64,000 nucleotides of DNA from Eledone cirrhosa (GCA_964016885.1 OZ024754.1:23622001-23686000), one strand, 5' to 3'. Positions 40,547 to 53,938 are shown, counted from the stretch's first letter. Made by a program: numbers and translations. Notes: generated by a model not told the origin, from the letters alone.

Positions 40547-42749
40547 TAATAGAATGGAGGCCCAGCAACTGGGAGAAAAATCTGCAAATGGCTTGCGTAA
40601 GCTCATGCAGCGCTCGCGTAATGGAGAGATAGCATGCTTTCCAACAGACAAGTCTGGCAGAATGTCGGTTGACAGCCTGCCAAACTACATCCAGGCAATG
40701 CAACCCCACATCACTAACACAAGAGAGGTAACACCACAGGAGCATGAGGATAGAGAAAAAACCCTCAATGCCCATATGGTGATGTGGACGAATATAATGC
40801 AGCCCAACAAAAGGACTGCCATCAACTTCCAGGCCTGGAACAATGACGTGCCGGCGTTGTATGGGCTTCGAAAAGACCATAAAACGGGCAGTGACCCTGT
40901 CGCGGGACCACCAACACGGCCAGTCTGTGGAGCTAACATTGCTAGTAACTACAGACTGTCCTACTTCCTCTCCCTGATCATACGCCCCATCATTGAAATG
41001 TCCCCAGATGTATGTGACAGCACGGAGGACCTCCTCAGCAGAATCGGCGTGAGTAACCGATCTAGGGACCTAACAAACTGCATAATAGGCATTATGGATG
41101 TTGTGTCCCTGTATCCATCTATTGACGTGGATTTTGCTGTGGAGAAATGCGTAGAAATGATCAGTGAGAGCAAGGTTGAGTTCCGTGGGATTGATACCAG
41201 TTAGCTGGGACTCCTACTTAAGCTTACCTATAGTAATAATTACCTAGACACATATGACCTTAGCAACCTGTGCCCTACAAGACCAGCAAGAGGCAGACCA
41301 CATGCAATTACCTCAATGGCCAAGAAAACCCACACAGATAGATGGAACGGGTGGACCAGAGCCATACGGACACCTGAAAACCACGATGAACTGAAGAAAA
41401 TGATTGCACATGCGGTAGGGGCCAGCATAAAACTAACCCTTAAGGAACATATGTTCAAATTTAATGGAAAAACATATGCCCAAGAGGAAGGAGCAGCCAT
41501 TGGTGTTAGCATTGCAGGCGACATAGCTAACTTATTCATGGTATGGTGGGACAGTAGACTTAAACTTAAACTTAAAGAACAATTAGAAGACCCCTTAACC
41601 CTGATAATGTACTCCCGCTACGTTGATGATATAAACATCGTAGTTAAGACACCCCCACTAGAGAACAGTCAGGAACTAGAGAAAAACACAATGGAAAGCA
41701 TCCAGCAAATAGCAAACTCCATCCACCAGAGCATTAGAGTTACTATAGACTACCCAAGTAAACACCCCAACCATCGATTACCTGTACTAGACACAGAGCT
41801 CTGGTTAGATACCATTAACAACAAAAAACAAATCCTCCATTCCCATTATGCCAAACCCATGACTTCCAAACATCTGATCCACCGAAACTCGGCCGTTTCG
41901 GACCATACCAAAATCAACATACTGATTGCGGATTTGGTACGAGTGATGAGAAATGTGTCCCGCATGTGCAACCCCGAAGAACTAGAGAGACACATACAAC
42001 ACTTCATCCACCGTATGCAGTTCTCTGGCTACAATCAGAGAGATAAAATCAGAGTGTATAAAGGAGCCAGAACCAAATGGGAAAAAATGGTAAATAATGA
42101 CATAAATAGGACCTGCCCCTTGTATAGGAGCAAATTTTGGAATAGAATAGAAAGAACTAGGAACAAGGCTAATAGAATAAACTCATGGTATGATAGCAAT
42201 AAATACCAGAGTGTAATATTCATCGATACAACCCCTAGAGGGGAATTAGCTTACAAATTTAGAAGGGCCCTAAATAAACATAAACTCAATATTAAGATAG
42301 TAGAAAGACCAGGTACCTCCGTAAAAACACTTATTAGCAAGACATACCCTTTTCAAAGACCCTCATGTATAGATAAGAAATGTATAACCTGTAAAATAAG
42401 CCCCCATATTAACTGTAAAACTAGAAATGTAGTGTATAGCATAAGATGTACTGAAGGACAATGTAGAGACAAAAATATAGTGTACATAGGTGAGACAGCT
42501 CGTAGTGTAGGGGAACGGATAAATGAACACTGGCGAGACCTTCAAGATAGTAAAGAATCAGCTGTACTCTACCAACATGCTAAAATAGAACACAAGGGTA
42601 AATTAGAGAACATAGAAATAAAAATAGAATCTACACACAGAAAAGACGCAATGTTTAGACAAATTACAGAGGCAATAAACATAAAAGAATTACAACCAAA
42701 ATTAAATAGAAAATATGAGTGGAACAGCAACATCACAACTTACAATTAA
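40547..42749 (+). pseudogene. PLE RT plus GIY-YIG endonuclease ORF broken only by one in-frame TAG (41202-41204)
   Basis: ORFs 40500-41204 and 41316-42749 are in the same frame and the 37 codons between them are open. Confidence 0.88.
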
Positions 42750-42950
42750 GGACAAAATGAAAACACACACACACATAGAACAAACAACCAACCAGTAACA
42801 TGTAAATAAACAAATAAATAAATGAACATAAACACACACAGACACCCGGATGTGGCGCATGCGCAGACTGAGCACACAACACACACACAGAAACAAAATG
42901 GCGTAGGACAGAACAAAGGAGAGGCACAGAAACAAAGAAAGGAATCCCTA

Positions 42951-42993
42951 GTCACTGAAGAGGTCACAGAGTGTGTGACGAAAGAACTATGAC
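42951..42993 (+). ncRNA. Minimal hammerhead ribozyme in the PLE pLTR
   Basis: GTCA CTGAAGA G GTCACA gagtg TGTGAC GAAA G aa C TA TGAC. Confidence 0.75.
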
Positions 42994-43207
42994 AATATAT
43001 AAACAACTATCTGGTTGTGGAACCAATCAACCAACCAGAAATTTATAAATTTATAAATTTATTATAAATTTATTATAATAATAAATTGAAGTGAAAGCAA
43101 CTGGTGCGTGTGTTTCTTATTGGCAACATGACCCTCCCAAAGTATAACAATATCGGTTTCAACACACGATTTCAGATAAAGAATCTTGCTAAACAAATTC
43201 AGAAACG

Positions 43208-43305
<98 letters not shown>

Positions 43306-43532
43306 GAAAATAATTTATGCTTTGATTCGTGGCAATGAACGGAAAAAAGTGAAAATAATACGTCGTTATGTGGACCGTTGACCACAATTACATGTAAAGA
43401 CAAAATCACGTTTATGGTATAGTAGATTAATATACTATTTAGGAAACCGAATGATTCTCGGCTTCGGAGTTCACAATAATGTAAATAAATTAGTTGAACG
43501 AAAATGACAGAGGTTATTGAAATCATAAAAGT

Positions 43533-43724
43533 AATAATTGTTTCTACTTTAGGCACAAGGCCAGCAAATACCCAGTACATTACTGGTACTTTATTTTATC
43601 AACCCCGTAAGGATGAAAGGCAAAGTTAACCTCGGCGGCATTTGAACTCAGACTGTAAAGGGACGTAACTATGCTAGAAAGTATGGCGTCCAACCCTCTA
43701 CCGATACTGCCAATTCACCGCCCT
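43533..43724 (-). mobile_element. Full-length tRNA-derived SINE
   Basis: A box tggcagtatcgg, B box gagttcaaatgcc, family core and tail. Confidence 0.9.
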
Positions 43725-43856
43725 TAAATATATACATTTTAGAATGTTAGTATCTGTATATATATTATTAAAAATAGCAATAATTGCAGGTGCATGTTGT
43801 GACATGGTTTTACTTCACAGAAGTCAAATAAAGTAATAGAAATAATGTTTACCACA

Positions 43857-44926
43857 TGTTGATGGTCAGTTGGTCGCAACTCCCAGACTGGAGCGTGTAG
43901 AGTAAGAGAGAGAGAAGACAGGAGTCATCTCTTCATAAAACAGGATTCATCTCTAGGGAGTGAAAGCAGGAATCGTCTCTTGGTACGGTTCAAGTGGTTC
44001 TTTCGCTGCCGGCGTAGGAAGTGAGAGAGAGTGCCTTAAGTTCTCAAATATATAGTCCCCAGGGGGACGCAACTCCATTTAGTACATGGATCTGCCACTG
44101 GGAGTCGCAACCGTCACAAAGGGACGCAACTCCTATATGTCCTGAGTTCCAGCCGTAAGGGGTTGCTATAGTACTCTCCTCCAGACGATAGGCAAAAAAA
44201 TCCCGAAGGAAATTGTAGTGAACCCACAAGCATGGGCTCCCAGCACAGGCATAAAATATTAACGAAAAGGTACATGTATAAATCAGGCATGAAATAGTAA
44301 CGAAAAGGTACATGTATACATAGTAATACAATAAAGAGAAAAACAAAAAAGGCTCCAGTGGCAAGTTCACATAAAAACAATTTGGCAGAGTTTTTTGGGC
44401 CAGTGGACTCTTCGTGGTCTTGTATGTAGGTGAAGTTGGGGAAGAAGGAGCAGGTGTATGCACAAGAGAGAAAGATTTGGGTATTTGTGGCTCGGGTGTA
44501 TGAGCGTCATTGTATGCCCTTATTAGTCTATCCACCGAAATTGTCTCTCTGTACCCCTTAATGTCTACTGTGAAATGTTTGTCAGTATGTGCTAACACAC
44601 GGTAGGGTCCAGAGTACGGCTGTGTGAGGGGTGGAGTAACGGCATCATTTCTGACGAATACATGTGTCCACGAGGAAATATCCCTCGGGACTGCAGCTTT
44701 AGTAGTTTGTTTCCTAGTATTCATGGGCGGTAAGTCCTGAAAACAGGAGCGCAAACGAGATACGTAGGAAACAGAGTCCTGAAAAGCAAGATCAACAGAG
44801 GCAAGCATTTGCCCAGGCAATGCTAGAGGAACACCATACAGTAATTCGGCCGGGGAGAACCCAAGGTCCTCCTTTATTGATGACCGAATTCCTAATAACA
44901 CAATAGGAAGGAACTCGCTCCAACGT
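43857..44926 (-). mobile_element. Gypsy (CsRn1-like) remnant: integrase C-terminus, PPT and 3' LTR (~43857-44170)
   Basis: LPIVLLGIRSSIKEDL..SPAELLYG, THVFVRND..PLTQPYSGPY..ISVDRL; purine tract ggaggagag before the LTR. Confidence 0.8.
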
Positions 44927-47900
44927 GCATATGCGAAAACACATACCATGCATGAATATACATGCACGTACACATAAACACGAGCACACGGACGTAAACC
45001 GGCGCGACACATATACCCGCGCACGTACGAACGTATACACCAAATACACATATAAATATATGTGTGTGTATATATATAATTATATATACACGCATAAATG
45101 CATATAGAACGCACACTCACACATACCTACAAACGTACATATGCCAAAACCCTATGTACACATATACACACCATACATACGTGCAAACACACATACACAC
45201 TCATACATACACATATATACACATATACATACATACTAGAGGATTATATATCATTGTGTGACGATATGCAAAACATGTTATAGCGTTCTGATACTATTTA
45301 TTCCTAATAGTGCTTTTCATCTCTTGCAGATGTCAATCATTTATTGATACAAATAAAGTGGATGTATTATGAAAAGAGTTCGTGCTCATTTATGATGGAC
45401 ATCATCAATTTATACTTTGCAGAGAAGTTGTTCTAAGACCAAAGTTTATTTATATAGCTGAAATTTAAGACTTCGTTAAGACTTCGTTTCGTATAATTTA
45501 ATGTGAAAGATGCCTACAGTGAAGTGCCCTATCCCACACTGTGATTTTGAGAGAGAAGACCTGTAGTGATCGCTGCACTGCTGACTACACACTCAACAGT
45601 CCACACTACAACACCCAGCATCTCTGCCAAAGTCGAACGGGTCAAGCGGCCTAGCATCTCCTCCGCAGGTCTGGCCCTACTTCATCTCAAGATGGACGGA
45701 TTACGTCGAGGCAACCAAAGTCGCAGGTAAAGACTTCATTGTACAACTCCTTGAGTGCTGTGACGAGACACTACGTAGAGACTTAACAAGAACCGCTGGT
45801 GGCACACTGACAGACAAAACCCAAGCTGATGTCCTCAAGGCCATTCGAGTCCTTGCTGTCCGAGAGGAAAATACCATGGTTGCTTGCGTCACCCTTCACA
45901 GCATGACACAAGACCCTGACGAGACTGTCCGCTCATTTGGTGCTAGACTTAGGGGACAAGCAGGTGTCTGCAAATTTGTCACAGCATGTCCGGGCTGCCA
46001 TCAGGAAGTGAACTACACTGAGGCAATCCTTCGTGACGTACTCACTCATGGACTTAATGACTCTGAATCCGGCTTGACCTCCTCAGAGATAAAAACCAGG
46101 ATATGAGCCTCGAGGAAGTATTTAAATATGTTGAAGCTAAGGAGGCGGGTAAGAGATCAGTGTGACGCTTACTTGATTCCTAGGGTGCCCAGGCTATCAG
46201 CAGTAGCTACCGTCGTAACAAGAAGATCCCACCAGACCACCCCAAAGGATCAGACTTCCAGAAAGAGACCTGCATCTATTGCGGTAAGAGAGGACATGGC
46301 ACACGAGCACCACCAAGGGTCCGAGATAAGGGGTGTACTGCGTACGGTCACACATGCTACTACTGTTCCAGACAAAACCATTTTGAGTCAGTTTGTCGCA
46401 GCAAGGACAGATCCAAGCGGGAAGTGTCCCCAAGACCTCTAGAGAACACGAGGGTGCCATTTTTGATTCCCTATGCGCAGCAATTCATTTAGTATACAAG
46501 CGAGATCACAAGTCCATAACCTGGGCCCACCACATACACGATCAACTATCAGATACATGGACAAGGCAGTCATCTCAACCTCAACCCTTTATCCAACTGA
46601 CAATGAAGGTCCTACATGAAGATTACCATCAACTCGGCTTTGGACACCTCCTTAAATCCAAATCTAAGACAAGCCCACTCTTTGCCATGGCTGATACAGG
46701 CTGCCAGAGCTGTCTTGCCGGGGTGAAGGTCTTGCACAAGCTTGGACTCAAGACCTCTGACCTCATCCCAGTAACACCGAGGATGCTGAAAACAATAAAG
46801 GCATCCCCATCCTTGGAGCCGTCTTTGTTCGCCTTTCAGGTCAAGACTCCACTGGTGAACTGATCGAAACTCGCCAACTTGTATACATCACAGACAACTC
46901 AGACAAGTTCTTCTTCAGACAAGTTTGCCGACTGGTACAGGTTCGATTACACCCAGTTGGACATCTTGGGATGATCACAGATAACTTTGCAACTATCGGC
47001 GAGGTCAGTGGTAGTGTGAATGCAGCTGCATCCTCAGGTGACAACCAAACACATCAATTACAGGACCAAGACAAAGTGGAATGCGAATGCCCAAGACGAA
47101 CACTGCCACCACCCCTGCCAATCAAATTACCCTACCCTGCAAGAGAGGAAAATCGCGAGGAATTTGAGCGCTACCTTCTTGATCGGTACAAATCAAGCAT
47201 GTTCAATACCTGCGTACACCAACCCCTTCCCCTTATGGAGAGCCCCCTATGAAACTGATGGTGGATCCCAACGCCACACCTATAGCTCATCACACTCCAA
47301 TACCCGTGCCGCTCCACTGGCGAGAGGCAGTCAAGGCCGGCCTCGACCAAGATGTCCAACTGGGTGTAATCGAACCTGTACCAGTCGGCAAACTTGTCAC
47401 TTGGTGCCATAGGATGGTTGTCTGCCCAAAGAAAAATGGTAAACCCCGCCGCACCGTGAATTTCCAGGCTCTCAACGCCCATGCAATAAGGTAAACCCAC
47501 CACACACAATCTCCATTCCACGAAGCATGCTCGGTACCATCAGACAAGAAGAAAACTGTATTCGATGCCTGGAACGGCTACCACAGGTACCAATCCGTGA
47601 TGAAAGGAATCACTTAACCACATTCATCACGCCATGGGGAAGATACCGCTACCTGACTTCCCCCCAAGGCTACATTGCGTCAGGTGATGGATACACAAGG
47701 GGATTCGATGAGATCATCTCTGACGTACAAAACAAGACTAAATGCGTCGACGACACCTTGCTGTGGTTTGACAACATTGAAGATAGCTTCTTCCGTGCCT
47801 GTGAATGGCCAGACCTCTGTGGCAGAAACGGAATAACCTTAAACCCAGAGAAATTTGTCTTTGCCAAGGGCACAGTCGAATTTGCAGGCTTTGAGATCAC

Positions 47901-50016
47901 ATGCAACAGCGTCAGACCGTGCGAAAAATACCTCCAAGCCATCATTGACTTCCCCACGCCAACCAACATCTCCAACATGCGCTCTTGGTTTGGTCTCATC
48001 AATCAAGTCTCCTACCCCTTCAGCATGGCCGACAGGATGCAACCATTCCGCAAGCTACTGAAACCAGGAACACCATTCCAATGGAATGACCAGCTGGACA
48101 AACTCGTTGAAGAATCTAAGAGTGTGATTGTCAGTGATATAGAAGAGGGTGTACGCAAATTTGACACCAGAAAACCTACATGTCTCGCCACTGATTGGTC
48201 GAAAGACGGCATTGGATTCTGGCTGTTCCAGAAACACTGCACATGCCCAAAGACAGTCCCAATTATCTGTCGTGAAGGATGGAAGGTTACACTGGTCGGA
48301 AGTCGCTTCACCCAAGCGGCAGAATCACGCTACGCACCAATTGAAGGCGAGGCTCTCGCTGTCGCTGACACACTGGACAAAGCGAGGTATCTCATTCTGG
48401 GCTGCACCAACCTCACCCTAGCGGTAGACCACAAACCACTACTCAAGATATTCAGTGATCAATCCCTGGAAAGGATTTCTAATACTCGTCTTCGCAACTT
48501 GAAGGAAAAGACCTGTAGTGATCGCTGCACTGCTGACTACACACTCAACAGTCCACACTATAACACCCAGCTATAGCTTCAAGATGATTCATATTCCCGG
48601 GGCAAGACACTGAGCTGCTGATGCTGTATCTCGACACCCATGTGACCCTGGAGACAAGATGATTCCAGAGGATTCAGCAGCCATCAATACCTCCAGCCAA
48701 CCATCTATTCAGAAACTCGTACTCGCCTCCATAAGACATGGTGACCAACCAGATAACCCAATCGAAGATTCTACCTTCCTCTCAGCCGTGTCATCCATCA
48801 ACTCACTCCAATCAATCACTTGGGACAAGGTTCAAGAAGCCACCAACAGCGATGAAAACATGACTAAACTGGTGGATATGATAGAAACAGGGATGCCAGA
48901 GGACTGCCTTAGCCCGCCATTCGTGAATATCATCAATTCCGAGAGCACCTACACTCAGTGGACGGCGTGGCTCTCTACAAAGACCGCATTGTCATCCCAC
49001 CATCACTCCGACACAACGTTCTAACAGCACTCCACTCCGCCCACCAAGGCATATCTTCTATGATGTCAAGGGCCGAATCGTCTGACTTCTGGTCTGGAAT
49101 TACAACAGCAATCACAGAGCTCAGGAATACATCTGCCCACTGCAATCTCAAGCATGTGCTCCACCTACCCCGCCAGTATACCCTTCCAGTGCATTTGCGC
49201 TGACTACTTCCACTACAAAGGGGTGAACTATCTGGTCATTGTTAACAGATACTCCAACTGGCCGATCGTAGAGAGATCTCGGGAAGGTGCCAAAGGCCTA
49301 ATTGACAGTCTACGCCGTACATTTGTCACTTTTGGAATTCCAGACGAACTGTCCTCAGATGGTGGCACTGAGTTTACAGCCTCAGCAGCCAAGGATTTCT
49401 TGAAAAACTGGGGTGTTCATCATCGACTCTCTTCAGTCGCCTTCCCCCACAGCAACTGTCGGGCAGAAGTCGGTGTTAAAACTGTGAAACGTCTTATTAC
49501 AGACAACACGGGACCCAACGGCGAGTTAGACACGGACTCACTGCAACGTGCCATGCTGCAATACAGAAACACCCCAGACAGAGACACCAAGTTATCCCCT
49601 GCAATGTGTGTCTTTGGTAGACCCATTAAGGATTTCATTCCAATCCTTCCCGGCCGCTACAAGCCTCATGACACCTGGCTGGACACACTTGCCTTGAGAG
49701 AAGCTGCCCTCAGAAACAGGCACATGAAGATTGCAGAACGCCTTTTTGAACAGACCAAGCGATTGCCACCCCTTGTCATTGGAGATCTCGTGCGAATACA
49801 AAATCAAACAGGCCCTCAACCGTTAAAATGGGACAAAACAGGCTGTGTGATTGAAGTTCGTCAGTTTGATCAGTATATCATACGCGTAGATAGATCAGGC
49901 AGAGTGGCCCTTCGAAACCGGAAATTTCTAAGAAAGTACACCCCTGTTCATCCACCGAGGGCACAGATCACCTTATCAGAAGACTTACCCCATCGATCCC
50001 AACAAAGACAACAAGG

Positions 50017-50443
50017 TGTAGTGAACAAAATTAAATGTATTTTCCTTTGTGATTAAATGTATTTTCCTTTGGCGGAAGAATGGTGTCACAGAGGTAAATT
50101 GGCTGAAGTGGAGCCAATCAAGGCCCTCAGCGGATCGAGACAAGTTGCTGGACTACTTGAACCAGAGACACAGTTGGCTGACAGGGCAGAGACAGAGTTC
50201 ACTGAACGACCTGGTAGCATCAAGACTTCCGACATTTGATATGCCACATTCTTTCACATCTCCACTGGAATATGCAGCCAAGACGATGTGAAGACTTGCT
50301 CAACCTTCTCTTGTTATTTCGATTCCATATTTGTACAACAAATAAAAGGGAATTTTTGTTATAATGGATTCTGTCGTTTTCGTCATTGCCTTCTGAATCG
50401 ATAACTATATTAATATCTCCAGCGATACTTAATCAACGTTATA
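50017..50443 (+). mobile_element. Solo LTR nested in the Gypsy element
   Basis: AAGG|TGTAGTG...CGTTATA|AAGG 4-bp TSD; AATAAA at ~50342. Confidence 0.75.
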
Positions 50444-50859
50444 AAGGTATGTCTTTCTCGCCCGCCAACCATTTATTTCGGAGCCCCTGCTCGCAAAGGA
50501 CACCACCAAAGCTCCTCAAAATCCTACAGATCTGCAAATGACACTATCACCCAACCTGACAACGCTTGACATCCAGCCATCGCCACCGTCGCCACCACGC
50601 CCAGCTATCCAGCCACCAGAGTTACATCCCCTAGCCTACCACACTACATTCAAAACAAGTAGCACAACACCTACCTCAGCACCCTGCCTAACACCCTCCC
50701 TGACCAACACACAGGAACTAACACTAAGACGCTCCTCCCGGACCAAGAAGGAGCCCACCTGGCTCAGTGATTATGTGCATGTGATTGGGGCAGATTAATC
50801 CCCGGGGGCCTGAGGGTAGTCTGCCCAGTGATCGCCCTTCTCCTTTCGGTTTGTGATCG

Positions 50860-50957
50860 CGCCGAGGTTAACTTTGCCTTTCATCCTTACGGGGTCGATA
50901 AAATAAAGTACCAGTAATGCACTAGGTAATTGCTGGCCTTGTGCCAAAAGTAGAAAC
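50860..50957 (+). mobile_element. SINE 3' half inside the Gypsy 3' region
   Basis: cgccgaggttaactttgcctttcatcc...gtgccaaaagtagaaac. Confidence 0.8.
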
Positions 50958-51250
50958 TTTCTATTGACGTTAATTGTTCCCACCTGGCCAGGATGGCACT
51001 GTCTTCAAAACATTCAGTTTATTCTCATATCTGACTCTAGTCTTAAATCCTTGCTATATACCTCAGCGAATATACCAATGACATGGAGGGGGATAGAGGA
51101 TTATATATCATTGTTTGACGATATGCAAAACATGTTATAGCGTTCTGATACTATTTATTCCTAATAGTGCTTTTCATCTCTTTCAGATGTCCATCATTTA
51201 TTTATACAAATAAAGTGGATGTATTATGAAAAATGTTCGTGCTCATTTAT

Positions 51251-51770
51251 AAACCGTACGCAGTCCCGCGCTCCTCCCTTTATTATAGTTTAGACTAGCA
51301 GAAAAACCACCCTTTGAGTGGTTTTCTGCTAGTATGTGTAGTTTGTATATTGATATTATACGCAGGTATATATACATGTAGATATGATGCATCAAATAAA
51401 ATCGTAATTGACAATATACACAGAAATTGAACGAAAACTGTGTTACACTGCCTTATGTAATCAGTAACGTAATCCATGATACATTAAAAAAAGACGATAT
51501 TATATATATAAACTGCATTAGGAGAAAATTGGTGACAGAAATATATGAATATTTATTTAAATGATCACTAACCGGAAGTGTTGACATTTGAAAATTTTAA
51601 AGAAGTGAATTTTTAAATAAGTAATAACATATTTAATGAACAGCCACGAAATTCAGTGAATAAATTATTCATTCATTATTTATTCAAAGTAATCCAACTT
51701 ATTTTACTAAGGGGATAACAAATTATAAACCGTACGCAGTCCTGGGCTTCTTACTTTATTATAGTTTAGA
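51251..51770 (-). mobile_element. Non-autonomous Helitron (51295-51770) plus the head of a second tandem copy
   Basis: A|TCTAAACTATAATAAA 5' end; 3' hairpin ending in CTAG joined directly to a second TCTAAACTATAATAAA. Confidence 0.75.
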
Positions 51771-51847
51771 TTCATACGTTCAATAGATATGCTAGTACTT
51801 TATTCAGATTTGAATAAATAACGTTATTAATTTTATATAACTGTTCA

Positions 51848-52456
51848 TATCGGTAGAGGGTCGGACATGCTTTCAAGCATAGTTACATCCCTTTCGGTCT
51901 GAGTTCAAATCCCGCCGAGGTTAACTTTGCCTTTCATCCTTACGGGGGTCGATAAAATGTACCAGTAATGTACTGGGTAATTGATGGCCTTGTGCCAAAA
52001 GTAGAAACAATTGTTAAAGGTAGTAAAATATTTAAGTAATGAAAAAAAAAAAAATGAATTATGTCAAGAATATAATTGTTTCTACTTTTGGCACAGGGCC
52101 AGCAATTACCCAGTACATTACTGGTACTTTATTTTATCGACCCTGTAAGGATGATAGGCAAAGTTAACCTCGGCGGGATTTGAACTCAAAATGGCAAGGG
52201 CCGTAACTCTATGCGTCAAAGCAAGGCGTCCGACCCTCTACCGATACTGCCAATCCAACGAAAATAATTGTTTCTACTTTTGGCACAAGGCCAGCAATTA
52301 TCCCAGTGCATTACTGGTACTTTATTTTATCGACCCCGTAAGGATGAAAGGCAAAGTTAACCTCGGCGGGATTTGAACTCAGATCATAAAGGGAGGTAAC
52401 TCTATGCTTCAAAGCATGGCGTCCGACCCTTACCGATACTGCCAATCCACCGCCCT
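51848..52456. mobile_element. SINE cluster: one + copy (51848-52012) and two tandem - copies (52073-52256, 52265-52456)
   Basis: The family core is present three times, in opposite orientations. Confidence 0.9.
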
Positions 52457-52927
52457 AATCGATACTGCCAATCCAACCAAAATAATGGCAGAGGGACAGA
52501 GGTTATATTTCAGTCTGTGTCCCACCCTACAGACAAAATGACAAAGGTGTTACCACAGAGAATAGCCAGAAACACCCACTACAACATCCACTCCAGCTCA
52601 TCGGGTTCCTTCCTCAAGTGGGCTGCTGTCTTTCTAATTTTGAGGAGGAAATCAGCAGTGTGGGGACAAAGAGGAAGTGGTTTGTCAGGCCCCAGTATTT
52701 AACTATCGTCCTCTTCTCTCTATTGCAGATAATAAAGCCTGGGTTTGTGGCCGCAGTCAAAATGTTGGAGGCAGAGAATGATCCAACCCATGCTAAACCT
52801 CCAACTAATTCTGCTACTTGTTTTTTTCAGCTGTGGCGATTAGAGACATGTGGAATGATGTGTCTTGCTTAAGGATACAATGTACCTCCCTGGCTGATAA
52901 TTGAACACATAATAGGATGTATGACTT

Positions 52928-52968
<41 letters not shown>

Positions 52969-53045
52969 TTTGTATACTATTTATAAATATATGTGTGTAT
53001 GTGTACATATGCATATCTATATATATCTATATATATATATACATA

Positions 53046-53470
53046 TCATCATCATCATCATCGTTTAACGTCTATCTTCCACGCTAGGAAGGGTTAGACG
53101 GATATTGTCCCACTTGTGGCAATATTGATTGGGTGACCGTGTCTCGCTTGTATAGGACTGTATCTGGAAGGTTTTCTATGGTTGGATGCCCTTCCTGACA
53201 CCAACCACATTTACAGTATGGACTGGGAACCGTTTTACCGTGTATCCTACATGACCACTTTACAGTGTGGACTGGGTGTTTTTTGTCATGACACCTGCAT
53301 GACCACTTTAGTTTGGATGGGATGTTCTGGTACCAACATAGCTTTACAGAGAAAGGGTGGTGTTGGTGGGAGTGGGAGAATGGAGTAGGGGTAGTGGGTT
53401 GGGGTGTATATTTGGTTAAGAGGTGTCTACTGAGTGTAGGTTAGCTTTGTACGTAGGGAAGGATGGTCTT
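53046..53470 (-). mobile_element. RTE 3' UTR fragment
   Basis: (CAT)n, then ggatgcccttcctgacaccaaccacatttacag. Confidence 0.8.
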
Positions 53471-53873
53471 TACATATATATACAGTTTATTACTTGTTTC
53501 TTTCAAAGTAGAGTTAAAATCGTATTTATCAAGAAAACTTCATGAACTTCACTGGCTGGGTTGAGAGAGAGAGAGCAAGAGAGAGAGATTGGGTGAAAGA
53601 GAGAGAGAGTAAGAGTCACTGAGTCCAAAGGGGTCTGTGGAAAGCAATAGTTTACATGTTTACTCTATCAAGAAATGCTCCAAACTGCTTGGCCTGATCT
53701 AAGGCAGGCTATTTATCTATATCACGTCCTCTGTCTCCAAGGGTTGAGAACAAAGGGCTGACCTTTTGATGTCGCCCAATCTCAGATCTGTTGATGCCCA
53801 AAAGGAGATAACCCAGAAAATGACCGTTAAATGTGCACAGGGATCAATGTGTAGATAGATTTTGTTACACATA

Positions 53874-53938
<65 letters not shown>

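Larger units (their letters stand above)
40547..43050 (+). mobile_element. Penelope-like element (Naiad-like), 5'-truncated
   Basis: TDKSG, TRPVCGA, DVVSLYPSI, YSRYVDD (RT), Cys-rich linker, VVY..YIGET.R...R..EH (GIY-YIG), and a 3' pLTR with a hammerhead. Confidence 0.92.
45237..51250 (+). mobile_element. Full-length but decayed Ty3/Gypsy LTR retrotransposon
   Basis: LTRs 45237-45401 and 51094-51250; PPT ggaggggga; gag remnants, protease ADTGCQS, RT KCVDD, RNase H ATDWS/YAPIEGE, integrase ADYF/SDGG/SNCRAE; several frameshifts and stops. Confidence 0.93.

Noticed and set aside
41202-43050. Selenoprotein-type Naiad element
   Set aside because: The only in-frame stop is TAG, not TGA, and I could not identify a SECIS-like hairpin in the 3' region
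44044-45120. 358-aa ORF as a gene
   Set aside because: Microsatellite-derived N-terminus fused to a Gypsy integrase tail and LTR sequence
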